From contig JAFDGW010000006.1 of assembly GCA_019309115.1 (NCBI GenBank), positions 13,157 to 77,156 on the forward strand: 64,000 nt of DNA. The letters run 5' to 3'. This document shows, piece by piece, positions 26,279 through 35,299 of this stretch (the first letter of the stretch is position 1; each line of letters starts with the position of its first letter). The notes under the pieces are model-generated. The model saw nothing but the letters and a program-made list of their open reading frames with translations. It was not told the DNA's origin and ran no database searches. This DNA is from Deltaproteobacteria bacterium. GTDB lineage: Bacteria; Desulfobacterota; Syntrophobacteria; Syntrophobacterales; Thermodesulforhabdaceae. The translations under genes were made by a program, and so were the position numbers.

Positions 26279-27565
26279 ATGGCAGAACAACTTCGGCCAA
26301 GATGGGGACAGCCTCTGACAGGAATTATTTCTTTTATCTGTTTTTTTGTAGTTGCATGGATTACATGGTATATCTTCAGTGATCCAAGAGGCCCGGTAAA
26401 AGCCTTTCCATACCCATTTGTCATGTATCTGGCAATGATGATTCTTGTGGGGTTGTGGCAGCACATGTTTTTTGGTGATTGGCCTTTTCAGAATCTGCCC
26501 CAACCTGCTAGAGGGATTATAGAGACCATAGTTAATCTAATAATTGTTTGGTTCGTTATCCATGTTGTTTTTTATCGAATTCTCGGCCTGGGGTTTAATT
26601 TCCTCAGCCAGAGTAACCTCAACGATCTGGCAGCAGCAGGCAAAGCAGTTTTGCCCAACGGGAAAGCATTGTCGCTCGAAGTTATGAAGAAAAAACACTT
26701 TGCCGAAAGTGCTGTTGTCTGTTTCGTGCTCATAGGTTTCTTCAGCTATCCTTTCGTTACAATCCTGTTTGCAAAATGGCCTGTTCGCCCAAGTGATTTG
26801 CCACAGCCCAGGGCCGGGTGGGCAGAACTTGGATGGTGTTCGCTACTTACCCTTTTTTTCTATACGATCCTCATTGTTCCTTTCTGGGGTCTCGTTTATG
26901 GAAAGCTACTGGGCCAGTCTTTCGCCCTCAACTTTCCATGGTGGGGTAAGATCGTTGGCACGCCTCATTTGCACTGGGTGTTCGGCTGGTGGGAATGGAT
27001 GATTATTTTCCTCTTCATGACACCTAATGTATGGCGCATGAAACCCTGGAGCGCTATTAACCTGCCTCAACCTTGGAAAGGTATTATATCTTTCATATGC
27101 ATTTTTGTCCTGGGATATATTGTTGCTTGGATATGCACAAAGATTGCGCCAGGATGGCTTCCTCACGAAACCATTGAACACTTGAAAGAGGCAAAGCCCA
27201 ATGATGCTGAACTTATCCGCTTTTTGTGGTATCATGCTGCAGAAATTGCCGGCTTTACCTTAATTCCCTTCCTTATCTGGCATCATTATTTCGATGATAT
27301 GTGCCCCATGCAGGATAAGGATTCTTGGGGAGCATTCTGGTTCAGGACAATAGGTACTTTCGTTTTTGCTGCAATAAATTATATATTCTATTACTATGTC
27401 AACTGGGGCCATTGGGGACTGGGCAATCATCACATGGCAGAGCTTGCCCACAGATTTCCACATGGTGAGTCCCTTGTGTGGAATTTCTGGTGGATCATTC
27501 CTCTATTGTGGAATGAATGGTTCTTCCACAAGTGGCCTTTTTATGTGCATGATCATGAACATTAA
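26279..27565 (+). CDS. Trp/His-rich polytopic membrane protein of unknown function with internal repeats
   Basis: Multiple hydrophobic helices. LPQP-x2-G motifs precede the helices, and GIISFIC occurs twice. The stop is 23 nt from the ATG (27589) of the acyl-CoA synthetase gene. Confidence 0.6.
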   Translation: MAEQLRPRWGQPLTGIISFICFFVVAWITWYIFSDPRGPVKAFPYPFVMYLAMMILVGLWQHMFFGDWPFQNLPQPARGIIETIVNLIIVWFVIHVVFYRILGLGFNFLSQSNLNDLAAAGKAVLPNGKALSLEVMKKKHFAESAVVCFVLIGFFSYPFVTILFAKWPVRPSDLPQPRAGWAELGWCSLLTLFFYTILIVPFWGLVYGKLLGQSFALNFPWWGKIVGTPHLHWVFGWWEWMIIFLFMTPNVWRMKPWSAINLPQPWKGIISFICIFVLGYIVAWICTKIAPGWLPHETIEHLKEAKPNDAELIRFLWYHAAEIAGFTLIPFLIWHHYFDDMCPMQDKDSWGAFWFRTIGTFVFAAINYIFYYYVNWGHWGLGNHHMAELAHRFPHGESLVWNFWWIIPLLWNEWFFHKWPFYVHDHEH

Positions 27566-27588
27566 ACAATGGTAGGGAGGTGCGTGTT

Positions 27589-29355
27589 ATGAGCGTTGCT
27601 CAGTTTTTTAAAGACGTGATGAGCATCAATTCAATGCCCGATGATGAAAAAAAGGCAGAGGCGTCAAAGCAACTTTTTAAAAAGCTAAACGCGACGCCTA
27701 TGCCTGAATATTTTAATTGGGCGGAAGAAGTATTTGAGGGCATACATGTAAAAGAGAGACCCGAACAACCTGCTTTGATATGGGCTGACCTCGATACGGG
27801 CAAAGAAAAAACCTTCTCTTATCGGGAAATGATGGAAAAGAGTAATCAGCTCCTGAATTTTTTGCGAAAACACGATATTTCAAAAGGCGATGTTCTCTAC
27901 ATAATGATTCCAGCTTTACCTGAAATCTGGTTTGCCAGCCTGGCTACAATCAAAGGCGGTATAGTTTTGGTTCCTACTGCTATGACCATGACAGCTAAAG
28001 AATTGGAGTATCGTTTCGATACATATCCACCTGCTGCAGTGATTGCGACTTCAGATTCGGCCAAATTGATTGATGAAGCCCTCGGCAATTTGGGAATTAC
28101 ACCTAAGGTAAAAATTTGCACGGACGGAATGGATGGCTGGATACAGTATGCAGAGACGGAAAAGGAATCAACTGAGGCGGCAGCTGAAAAGACCAAATCC
28201 GACGACATTATATTGTGCTTCTTCACTTCCGGAACCACAGGCATGCCGAAACGAGTAGTGCACACGGCCACTTCTTACCCTGTTGGACATCTGTCTACGG
28301 CGAATATAATTGGAATTCGTCCGGGAGATGTACATAACAACCTCAGCCAGCCTGGTTGGGCAAAATATGCTTGGAGTTGCTTCTTTGCACCCTTAAATGT
28401 GGGAGCAACTGTTACGGGCTTCAATTATTCCGGTCGTCTCAACGTAGAAAAGTATCTCGAGGCTGTGGACAAGTACAAAGTAAATGTTTTCTGCGCTCCC
28501 CCGACAGCATGGCGAGCCTTTATTATTTCTGACCTGTCAAAGTTCAAGTTTGAAGCATTGAGGGAATCGGTAAGTGCTGGTGAACCGCTTAATCCGGAAA
28601 TAATTCAAACTTGGAAAAAGCACACAGGAAACGTCATCAGAGACTTTTATGGACAGACAGAATCTACGGCAATGATTGGAAATCCGCCGTGGTACAAAGA
28701 CAAAGTCATTCCCGGTTCATTTGGAGAACCGCATTTCATGTATGATATTGTGTTGGTCGATGACGAAGGCAACGAAATCACCAAACCTGATGAGGTTGGG
28801 CATATCACGGTCCGCTTGAGTAACTGGCGGGCTATTGGATTGTTCCGAGAATATCTGGGTTCTCCGGACAAGATGGCCGAAGCCTTCCGAGGTAATTATT
28901 ACTACACCGGCGACCGGGCATACTTCGACGACAAAGGATACTGGTGGTTCGTCGGCCGGGCGGATGATGTTATCAAGTCGTCTGACTACCGTATTGGTCC
29001 CTTTGAAGTAGAAAGTGCCCTCGTTGAACATGAAGCTGTTGCCGAAGCAGCTGTTGTCGGAAGCCCTGACCCCAAGAGATGGCAACTCGTAAAAGCCTTT
29101 GTCATTCTCAAGCCAGGGTATGAACCTTCTAGAGAACTTGCTCTTGATCTATTCAGACATTCGATGAAAGTTCTTGCCAAGTTCAAAATCCCGAGGATTA
29201 TTGAGTTTGTGCCCGAGGTGCCGAAAACTATAAGCGGCAAGATCAGGCGAATTGAATTGCGCGAGCTGGAAATCAAGGCGAAGGAAAAAGGCCAAAGAGG
29301 TGAGCATGAGTATTTCTACCATGAATTCCCTGAGCTAAAATCCTCTTCGTCATAA
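27589..29355 (+). CDS. AMP-forming acyl-CoA synthetase (medium-chain/aromatic acid-CoA ligase-like)
   Basis: FFTSGTTGMPKRV AMP-binding motif, YGQTE, YYTGDRA, and the C-terminal GKIRR. Confidence 0.85.
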   Translation: MSVAQFFKDVMSINSMPDDEKKAEASKQLFKKLNATPMPEYFNWAEEVFEGIHVKERPEQPALIWADLDTGKEKTFSYREMMEKSNQLLNFLRKHDISKGDVLYIMIPALPEIWFASLATIKGGIVLVPTAMTMTAKELEYRFDTYPPAAVIATSDSAKLIDEALGNLGITPKVKICTDGMDGWIQYAETEKESTEAAAEKTKSDDIILCFFTSGTTGMPKRVVHTATSYPVGHLSTANIIGIRPGDVHNNLSQPGWAKYAWSCFFAPLNVGATVTGFNYSGRLNVEKYLEAVDKYKVNVFCAPPTAWRAFIISDLSKFKFEALRESVSAGEPLNPEIIQTWKKHTGNVIRDFYGQTESTAMIGNPPWYKDKVIPGSFGEPHFMYDIVLVDDEGNEITKPDEVGHITVRLSNWRAIGLFREYLGSPDKMAEAFRGNYYYTGDRAYFDDKGYWWFVGRADDVIKSSDYRIGPFEVESALVEHEAVAEAAVVGSPDPKRWQLVKAFVILKPGYEPSRELALDLFRHSMKVLAKFKIPRIIEFVPEVPKTISGKIRRIELRELEIKAKEKGQRGEHEYFYHEFPELKSSSS

Positions 29356-29375
29356 CGACTAATTTGCGAAGTGTT

Positions 29376-29415
29376 AAGCCGCATTTCTCGAACGGGAAAT
29401 GCGGCTTTATTTTTT
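29376..29415 (+). terminator. Rho-independent terminator
   Basis: aagccgcatttc/gaaatgcggctt is a 12-bp stem followed by tattttttt. Confidence 0.75.
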
Positions 29416-29475
29416 GCGTCTAATCGTTTACTATCAGTTTGGTCAAATAACAATTCTATTTAAAAAGGTGAATTT

Positions 29476-30099
29476 ATGTCGTCTATGGAAGCTGTTATTG
29501 ACCGCGTTGATTGGTGTCGCGAAATCCACATAGAAGACCCGACCTCTTATGTCACAATAGACTTTATGAAGTTTCTCTATGAAGATGGAGAATGGCAAGA
29601 GTTGTTTGAGGTTTCGCAGAATTTCTTGAATTTTTACCCGAAAAGCGTGATAGCCAGAGCTTACTACGGAATCGCCGCCTGGAAGCTGGGAAAGATTGAA
29701 ACAGCTCGAACTGCTTTTCTAAAAGTTCACAATGATCTGCATTTCCTTGCCGATATGTATACTGCTCTAGCAACCATTGAAAGTGAATCTGGAAACAAAG
29801 ACATAGCCAACTATTTTCGCAAAGTAGCGGAAGCAATTGGTTCGGCGAAACCAACTATTGTTCTAGTAGAACAAACCATTCCTTCAGACGAAAAGCTCCC
29901 GTCAGAAGACCTTGATTTTGTAGTATCAAAGAAATCTGTCAGTAAGCCTGTGGTGGCAATCTTTTGTGAAGAAGGAATCCGGATCGTGGGAAAAAAGCTA
30001 TCTGAGTTGTCTGTTGCCAGGGCTAAAGGTACATCAATTTTCGATGTCCATACTAAATCGCTACTAAGGCAATATTTTCTGCGCATGATAAAATCCTGA
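29476..30099 (+). CDS. Hypothetical protein, N-terminal TPR-like helical repeats
   Basis: The helical-repeat-like segment YPKSVIARAYYGIAAWKLGKIETARTAFLKV. No further motifs recognised. Confidence 0.4.
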   Translation: MSSMEAVIDRVDWCREIHIEDPTSYVTIDFMKFLYEDGEWQELFEVSQNFLNFYPKSVIARAYYGIAAWKLGKIETARTAFLKVHNDLHFLADMYTALATIESESGNKDIANYFRKVAEAIGSAKPTIVLVEQTIPSDEKLPSEDLDFVVSKKSVSKPVVAIFCEEGIRIVGKKLSELSVARAKGTSIFDVHTKSLLRQYFLRMIKS

Positions 30100-30164
30100 T
30101 AAGCCTTTCGACGGACTGATCCATCCGGAGCGGGACGCTCAAAAGGTTTTGGAAAAGGATAGCC

Positions 30165-30419
30165 ATGTCTTTCGAAAAAGTGCATGTGGAAACGATAAAT
30201 TTTTACACGGGTCAGCAAGAACCAAGAAGGATCCTCTGGCGCGATCGATGGTGGGAAATTACAGAGGTGGTAGACAGGTGGTATGAAGGCTACGTGAGCC
30301 CGAAGAAGGTGCCTCTACGGTACTATCGTGTAAAAACCAGGGAAGGTCGCTTTTTCCTCCTGAAATACAACGGACTTTTTGATGCCTGGGCATTGAAAGA
30401 ACTGAAATGTTTCACGTGA
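30165..30419 (+). CDS. Small hypothetical protein (84 aa, Trp/Tyr-rich, likely beta-rich)
   Basis: ORF only: RWWEITEVVDRWYEGY...YYRVKTREGRFFLLKY. No catalytic motif. Confidence 0.35.
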   Translation: MSFEKVHVETINFYTGQQEPRRILWRDRWWEITEVVDRWYEGYVSPKKVPLRYYRVKTREGRFFLLKYNGLFDAWALKELKCFT

Positions 30420-30543
30420 AACCATGATCATGAAGTTCATCCTTCACTTGCATGATTTTCCAAGGTTTTAATCGTCAACATCTACAATTCTCTAAACACT
30501 AGCGTTTTACCTAGAATTTGCCAGAAAAGTCGGGCTTCAGATG

Positions 30544-30571
30544 TTGACTTGTCCCCTTGCTGTGCTATCAA
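30544..30571 (+). promoter_or_regulatory. sigma-70-like promoter of ileS-lspA (extended -10)
   Basis: TTGACT, a 16-nt spacer, then TGcTATCAA. It lies inside the spurious N-terminal extension of the track ORF. Confidence 0.4.
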
Positions 30572-30628
30572 TTCAGAACTTCTAAGGAATTTCTAGTTAG
30601 AATCGAGAGAGCTGGGGAGAGTAGAACT

Positions 30629-33460
30629 ATGGAGTATAGAGACACCTTGAATCTGCCGAAGACTGATTTTCCCATGAAGGCCAACTTGTCAAAGCGTGAA
30701 CCGGAAATTTTAAAATATTGGCAAGATATTAACCTCTACGGGAGGCTTCGAAAACAAAGTAAGGGAAGACCACTTTACATCCTCCACGACGGTCCGCCTT
30801 ATGCCAACGGTCATATACATCTTGGCACAGCTCTCAATAAGATCCTCAAGGACATGATTGTCAAATCCCGGCAGATGAACGGCTTTGACGCCATTTATGT
30901 TCCAGGCTGGGATTGCCATGGGCTACCCATAGAGCATCAGGTCGACAAGGAGCTGGGTGCGCGAAAAAAGGAAATGAGCCCTGTCCAGATTCGCCGCTTT
31001 TGCAGGGAATATGCCGAAAAGTTTGTAAATATCCAGAGAGAGGAATTCAAAAGGCTTGGAGTGATTGGTGACTGGGATAATCCCTACCTCACCATGTCTT
31101 ATGACTATGAGGCAACCATAGCCCGCGAGCTAGGAAAATTCTTCGCCAGCGGAAGTGTTATTCGCTCAAAAAAACCCATTTATTGGTGCCCTCACTGTCA
31201 AACCGCCCTGGCAGAGGCTGAGGTTGAATATTACGATCATGAATCTCCATCCATCTATGTGAAATTTTCCATGACCTCTGAATCCGCCGAAAAATTCCCA
31301 GCCTTAAAAGGCAAATCTGTAAGCGTCCTTATCTGGACGACCACCCCCTGGACCATACCGGCCAATCTTGCGATAGCCCTTCATCCGGACTTCGAGTATG
31401 TTGCGGTATCGGTGAAGGATGGTCGGGAAATCTGGATACTGGCAAAGGGCCTTCTTGAAAGGTGTATGTCGGACTTTGGGGTCTCAAGATATGAAGTCGT
31501 TCACTCTTTTTCTGCTTCGGACTTGGAGAAGCTCACATGTCGTCATCCATTTCTCGACAGAGAATCATTGATCATATTGGGAGACCATGTAACTCTCGAT
31601 GCAGGAACAGGTTGCGTCCACACGGCGCCGGGTCACGGGCGCGAGGATTACGACGTCGCCCAGGTTTATGATCTCGACATTTATTCACCGGTGGACGATG
31701 AAGGCAAATTTACCGATGATGTACCCTTTTTTGCTGGTCAATTCGTGTTCGATGCAAATGATGCCGTAATTGCAAAACTCAGAGAGACGGGATGTCTCAT
31801 TAAGGTTGACAAGATCGTCCACAGTTATCCTCATTGCTGGAGATGCAAAAACCCGGTTATTTTCCGAGCCACCGAGCAGTGGTTTATATCGATGGACAAA
31901 ACAGGGCTCAGACACCAGGCCCTCAAGTGCATAGACGAAGTTCAGTGGATACCTTACTGGGGTAGAGACCGTATATACAACATGATCGAAAACCGACCTG
32001 ACTGGTGCATATCAAGGCAACGTTCCTGGGGCGTACCTATAACGGTCTTTATTTGCCAGAACTGTGGCAGGATCATAGCAGATCAGAAAATCTTCGATCA
32101 CGTGGTGGCTCTTTTCGAAAAAGAAGGTGCAGACTGCTGGTTTGAAAGACCCGTGGAAGAGCTTATCCCGCATGGTACGGTGTGTCCTGAGTGCGGCGAA
32201 ACTAATTTTCGAAAAGAGACGGATATTCTTGATGTTTGGTTCGATTCGGGCGTATCCCATGCCGCTGTCTTGGAGCGCCGTAAAGAGCTTCGTTCACCGG
32301 CTGACCTTTACCTTGAAGGCAGCGACCAGCACAGGGGTTGGTTTCATTCCAGCCTTCTTACTTCGGTTGGGACCAGAGGGCGGGCCCCTTACAAGGCTGT
32401 TTTGACGCACGGCTTTGTCGTTGACGGCAAAGGTTATAAGATGTCCAAATCGCTCGGAAACGTCATATATCCGCAGGAAGTTATTGATAAATACGGCGCC
32501 GAAATTCTCCGGTTATGGGTTGCTGCCGAAGATTATCGAGACGACATAAAAATTTCGCAGGACATCCTAAAGCGTATAAGTGAGGCCTATAGACGCATAA
32601 GAAACACTTTTCGTTTTCTTCTCGGGAACCTCTATGATTTTGAACCCAACCGAGACATGGTGGAATACGAGAAGCTTGAGGAAATCGACCGCTACGCTCT
32701 GCACAAACTCCAGCGAATCCTCAGCCGTTGTCTTAAAGCCTATGATCGCTACGAATTTTTTAAGATTTACCACACAATCTACAATTACTGTGTTGTGGAC
32801 CTCAGCGCTTTTTATCTCGACGTGTTGAAAGATCGTCTTTATACGTCACCGCCCGGAAGCCAAAAGCGACGTTCTGCTCAAACGGCTATATATCACATCA
32901 TTCACACCCTCTTGCGCCTTGTGGCGCCGATTCTCTCCTTTACCGCCGAAGAAGCCTGGCATCATATTCCCGGTAATGCATCGGATCAATCTATTCATGA
33001 ACAGGCTTTTCCGGAAGTCGTTGAGGATTGGCTTGATGAAAAACTCGAAAGGAGGTGGGAAACCATTCTCGCCATTCGATCCGACGTTGCCAGAGGAGTG
33101 GAAATGGCCAGAAAAGCAAAAATTGTGGGTCATTCCCTCGAAGCTGCTGTGACGGTAGGACTTCCTGAAAAAATCCTAGCCCAGTTCGATGCGAACGGCG
33201 ATACTGAACTCCTCAGAACGGTCTGCATAGTTTCCGACTTCAGGCTTGTTACTGCGGACAAACTACAATCCATGGACGGTGTTGTTGCCGGTGAAAAAGT
33301 ACCAGCTTCCTATGTGTATGTGGAACCTGCAGAAGGCGAAAAGTGCGAAAGATGCTGGATGCGTCACACTTCAGTGGGAACTCACCCCGACCATCCGACC
33401 CTTTGCAGTCGCTGTTATAAAGTTATTCAAACGTGTTTCGTGGAAGTGGCAAATGAGTAA
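30629..33460 (+). CDS. ileS: Isoleucine--tRNA ligase (type 1, with C-terminal zinc finger)
   Basis: PYANGHIHLGT (HIGH), KMSKSLGN (KMSKS), and C-terminal CERCW...CSRC. The start is MEYRDTLNLPKTDFPM. Confidence 0.95.
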   Translation: MEYRDTLNLPKTDFPMKANLSKREPEILKYWQDINLYGRLRKQSKGRPLYILHDGPPYANGHIHLGTALNKILKDMIVKSRQMNGFDAIYVPGWDCHGLPIEHQVDKELGARKKEMSPVQIRRFCREYAEKFVNIQREEFKRLGVIGDWDNPYLTMSYDYEATIARELGKFFASGSVIRSKKPIYWCPHCQTALAEAEVEYYDHESPSIYVKFSMTSESAEKFPALKGKSVSVLIWTTTPWTIPANLAIALHPDFEYVAVSVKDGREIWILAKGLLERCMSDFGVSRYEVVHSFSASDLEKLTCRHPFLDRESLIILGDHVTLDAGTGCVHTAPGHGREDYDVAQVYDLDIYSPVDDEGKFTDDVPFFAGQFVFDANDAVIAKLRETGCLIKVDKIVHSYPHCWRCKNPVIFRATEQWFISMDKTGLRHQALKCIDEVQWIPYWGRDRIYNMIENRPDWCISRQRSWGVPITVFICQNCGRIIADQKIFDHVVALFEKEGADCWFERPVEELIPHGTVCPECGETNFRKETDILDVWFDSGVSHAAVLERRKELRSPADLYLEGSDQHRGWFHSSLLTSVGTRGRAPYKAVLTHGFVVDGKGYKMSKSLGNVIYPQEVIDKYGAEILRLWVAAEDYRDDIKISQDILKRISEAYRRIRNTFRFLLGNLYDFEPNRDMVEYEKLEEIDRYALHKLQRILSRCLKAYDRYEFFKIYHTIYNYCVVDLSAFYLDVLKDRLYTSPPGSQKRRSAQTAIYHIIHTLLRLVAPILSFTAEEAWHHIPGNASDQSIHEQAFPEVVEDWLDEKLERRWETILAIRSDVARGVEMARKAKIVGHSLEAAVTVGLPEKILAQFDANGDTELLRTVCIVSDFRLVTADKLQSMDGVVAGEKVPASYVYVEPAEGEKCERCWMRHTSVGTHPDHPTLCSRCYKVIQTCFVEVANE

Positions 33461-33935
33461 AGCTCAAAAATTTGCCTGTTTTTGGCTTGTTGGGCTTGGG
33501 GTTCTTTTGTGTGATCAGTGTACCAAGTATCTTGTCATCCATCATGTGCGCCCGGGCGATAGCCTATCTGTTGTGGAAGGGTTTTTTAGAATCGTAAACA
33601 TTAGAAATGCAGGTGGTGCTTTCAACATATTTTCCGACGGTGGATCCTCTGATGCAAAGCGTATTTTCTTTGCGATCATTGCGATGGCTGCTGTTGTTGT
33701 GCTTCATGTAGTGGTTAAGCGTATGAAAAAACCGGGATTGTGGCATGTGGTTCCTTTTGGGTTAATACTGGGTGGAGCGTTAGGTAACCTGGTTGACAGG
33801 CTGAGACTTGGAGCGGTGGTTGATTTTCTGGATTTTTATGTCGGGTCCTATCACTGGCCAGCCTTCAACTGTGCCGATGCGGCTATAACGGTGGGAGCTG
33901 CGGCAATTCTCCTTCGGGAATTTTCTGGAGGGTAG
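33453..33935 (+). CDS. lspA: Lipoprotein signal peptidase II
   Basis: GGALGNLVDRL and the FNCADAAITVG motifs. The ATG overlaps the ileS stop (ATGAGTAA). Confidence 0.85.
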   Translation: MSKAQKFACFWLVGLGVLLCDQCTKYLVIHHVRPGDSLSVVEGFFRIVNIRNAGGAFNIFSDGGSSDAKRIFFAIIAMAAVVVLHVVVKRMKKPGLWHVVPFGLILGGALGNLVDRLRLGAVVDFLDFYVGSYHWPAFNCADAAITVGAAAILLREFSGG

Positions 33936-33949
33936 GAATTAACGCCTTC

Positions 33950-33978
33950 TTGACAAGAAAAATGGACTTGGATAAAAG
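33950..33978 (+). promoter_or_regulatory. Possible sigma-70 promoter for rpsT
   Basis: TTGACA, 17 nt, then TAAAAG. The -10 element is weak. Confidence 0.3.
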
Positions 33979-34039
33979 GCGAGCTCGCGTGGTTCTATTG
34001 AGGTGAGGAATTTAATTCAAAAAGTGGAGGAGGTTCAAG

Positions 34040-34321
34040 TTGGCTCATCATAAGTCTGCTATAAAACGAATGAAGCAAAACGAAAAACGCAGGCTACGTA
34101 ACAGAATACGCAAAACCCGCATGAAAACGGCTATTCGTGCCGTTGAGAATGCCATGTTTGAAAAAGATGTCGAAGGGGTTAAGGAGAAGCTCAGAGAAGC
34201 TGTTTCTATTATTGCAAAAACGGCCGCTAAAGGAACCATTCATCCCAATAAAGCGTCGCGCAAGATTTCCAGGCTCACCAAACGGGTGAACAAATTTTTG
34301 GAGAAGATGAACGCCGCATAA
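34040..34321 (+). CDS. rpsT: 30S ribosomal protein S20
   Basis: AHHKSAIKRMKQNEKRRLRNR, TTG start with GGAGGAGG upstream. Confidence 0.9.
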   Translation: MAHHKSAIKRMKQNEKRRLRNRIRKTRMKTAIRAVENAMFEKDVEGVKEKLREAVSIIAKTAAKGTIHPNKASRKISRLTKRVNKFLEKMNAA

Positions 34322-34646
34322 CGAGATGAGAGTGGGGTGGGCTCATAGGGGCGGTCCTCTGAGAAATTACAACTTTAAGCAGAAGGAAGAAGGCAGTAAA
34401 GAGCAATGAAAGCCTACCCTATTCAGGACAGATAGCGCCCTGAATAGGGGTAAAAGATGTGTAAAGTTAAACCTGGTATTTTCCCTTCCTGAAACAATAA
34501 TACAGAATTGAAGTGTCGAATGTCTAATCACCCATTCATAAAGGAATCAACGCCTGGTTTACGAAGAGTGACAGCAAAGTTATGCTTGTCCTGCAGTTGG
34601 TTACTGGACCATCTACGCCTTTTACGTGGTTGAAGGAGAGCTTTTA

Positions 34647-35294
34647 ATGACTCAACTTGCTGTAGTGCGAACAAAAGAAGCGGCCGTTCTGGGAGTGGAT
34701 AGCATGGCTATTCAGTACTCCGATGAAGGTGAAATCTCGTATGTTCAGAATATCACAAAGCTTTTGCGACTTGCCCCGGATACGGTCGTAGCTATTGCCG
34801 GATCTGGGTATGGTGTTCAGCTTGCTGAGCAACTGCGTCATCATGTAAGGAAAGTCGGATTATGGCGCTACGAAGACGTTGTCAGGCGGTCTGTGGTGTT
34901 TTTGCGAGAAAGACTCAGATTCCTGCGAACAAAACTGGCGTTCGAATCTAAACATCCAGATCTTGAGCGGTTTTATTTTGTTTTTTGTGGCATTGATCGA
35001 TTTGCAGGTGAGAAGAAATTACCGAAGCCTGAAATACATGTTGTTATTTCAGAAGAATTAAACCAACCGGCAACCCTTTTGGAGATTGAATCGGTTTTAA
35101 CCATACCTCGGCAGGTAAGCCTCGAATACCGACTTATGCAAGCGTCAATGCAGAATAGAAAAGCCAAGGAATTAATTCGCATGATGTTGGTTTATTTCAG
35201 AAATCTGGCTGATGCTGTGGACGATGTGGGGCCTCCTTATCAGTTCGTGGTTGTGGGTAGGGATGAAGTTTCCTTTGATTGTGCGGATTCCTGA
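34647..35294 (+). CDS. Proteasome beta-subunit/HslV-like Ntn-hydrolase fold protein (orphan)
   Basis: The ATG at 34647 (AAGGAG 8 nt upstream) gives MTQLAVVRTKEAAVLGVDS, which matches TTxVxVxxKDGVVLAxD by eye. Also AIAGSGYGVQLAEQLR, FVFCGID, and the C-terminal GPPYQFVVVGRDEV. Confidence 0.45.
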   Translation: MTQLAVVRTKEAAVLGVDSMAIQYSDEGEISYVQNITKLLRLAPDTVVAIAGSGYGVQLAEQLRHHVRKVGLWRYEDVVRRSVVFLRERLRFLRTKLAFESKHPDLERFYFVFCGIDRFAGEKKLPKPEIHVVISEELNQPATLLEIESVLTIPRQVSLEYRLMQASMQNRKAKELIRMMLVYFRNLADAVDDVGPPYQFVVVGRDEVSFDCADS

Positions 35295-35299
35295 CTTTC

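Noticed and set aside
26955-26973. TGGCAC...TTGCA inside the membrane-protein gene.
   Set aside because: The spacing between the elements is 7 nt instead of 5, and it is within a coding region.
30557-30628. N-terminal 24-codon extension of ileS in the track ORF.
   Set aside because: IleS homology starts at MEYRDTLNLPKT (30629), which has its own GGGGAGAG site. The extension overlaps the predicted promoter.
30420-30628. T-box or other leader upstream of ileS.
   Set aside because: There is no T-box sequence (AAnnnGGGUGGnACCGCG-like) and no terminator hairpin. Only a plausible sigma-70 promoter is present.
33246-33452. N-terminal extension of the lspA ORF (the 229-aa track ORF) overlapping ileS.
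   Set aside because: The extension lies inside ileS in another frame. The LspA homology and its first TM helix begin at the ATG at 33453, which overlaps the ileS stop codon.
34925-34945. GCGTTCGAATCT resembling a tRNA T-loop.
   Set aside because: The flanking bases cannot form a T-stem or acceptor stem, and it lies inside a CDS. I recognised no tRNA or rRNA anywhere in the window.
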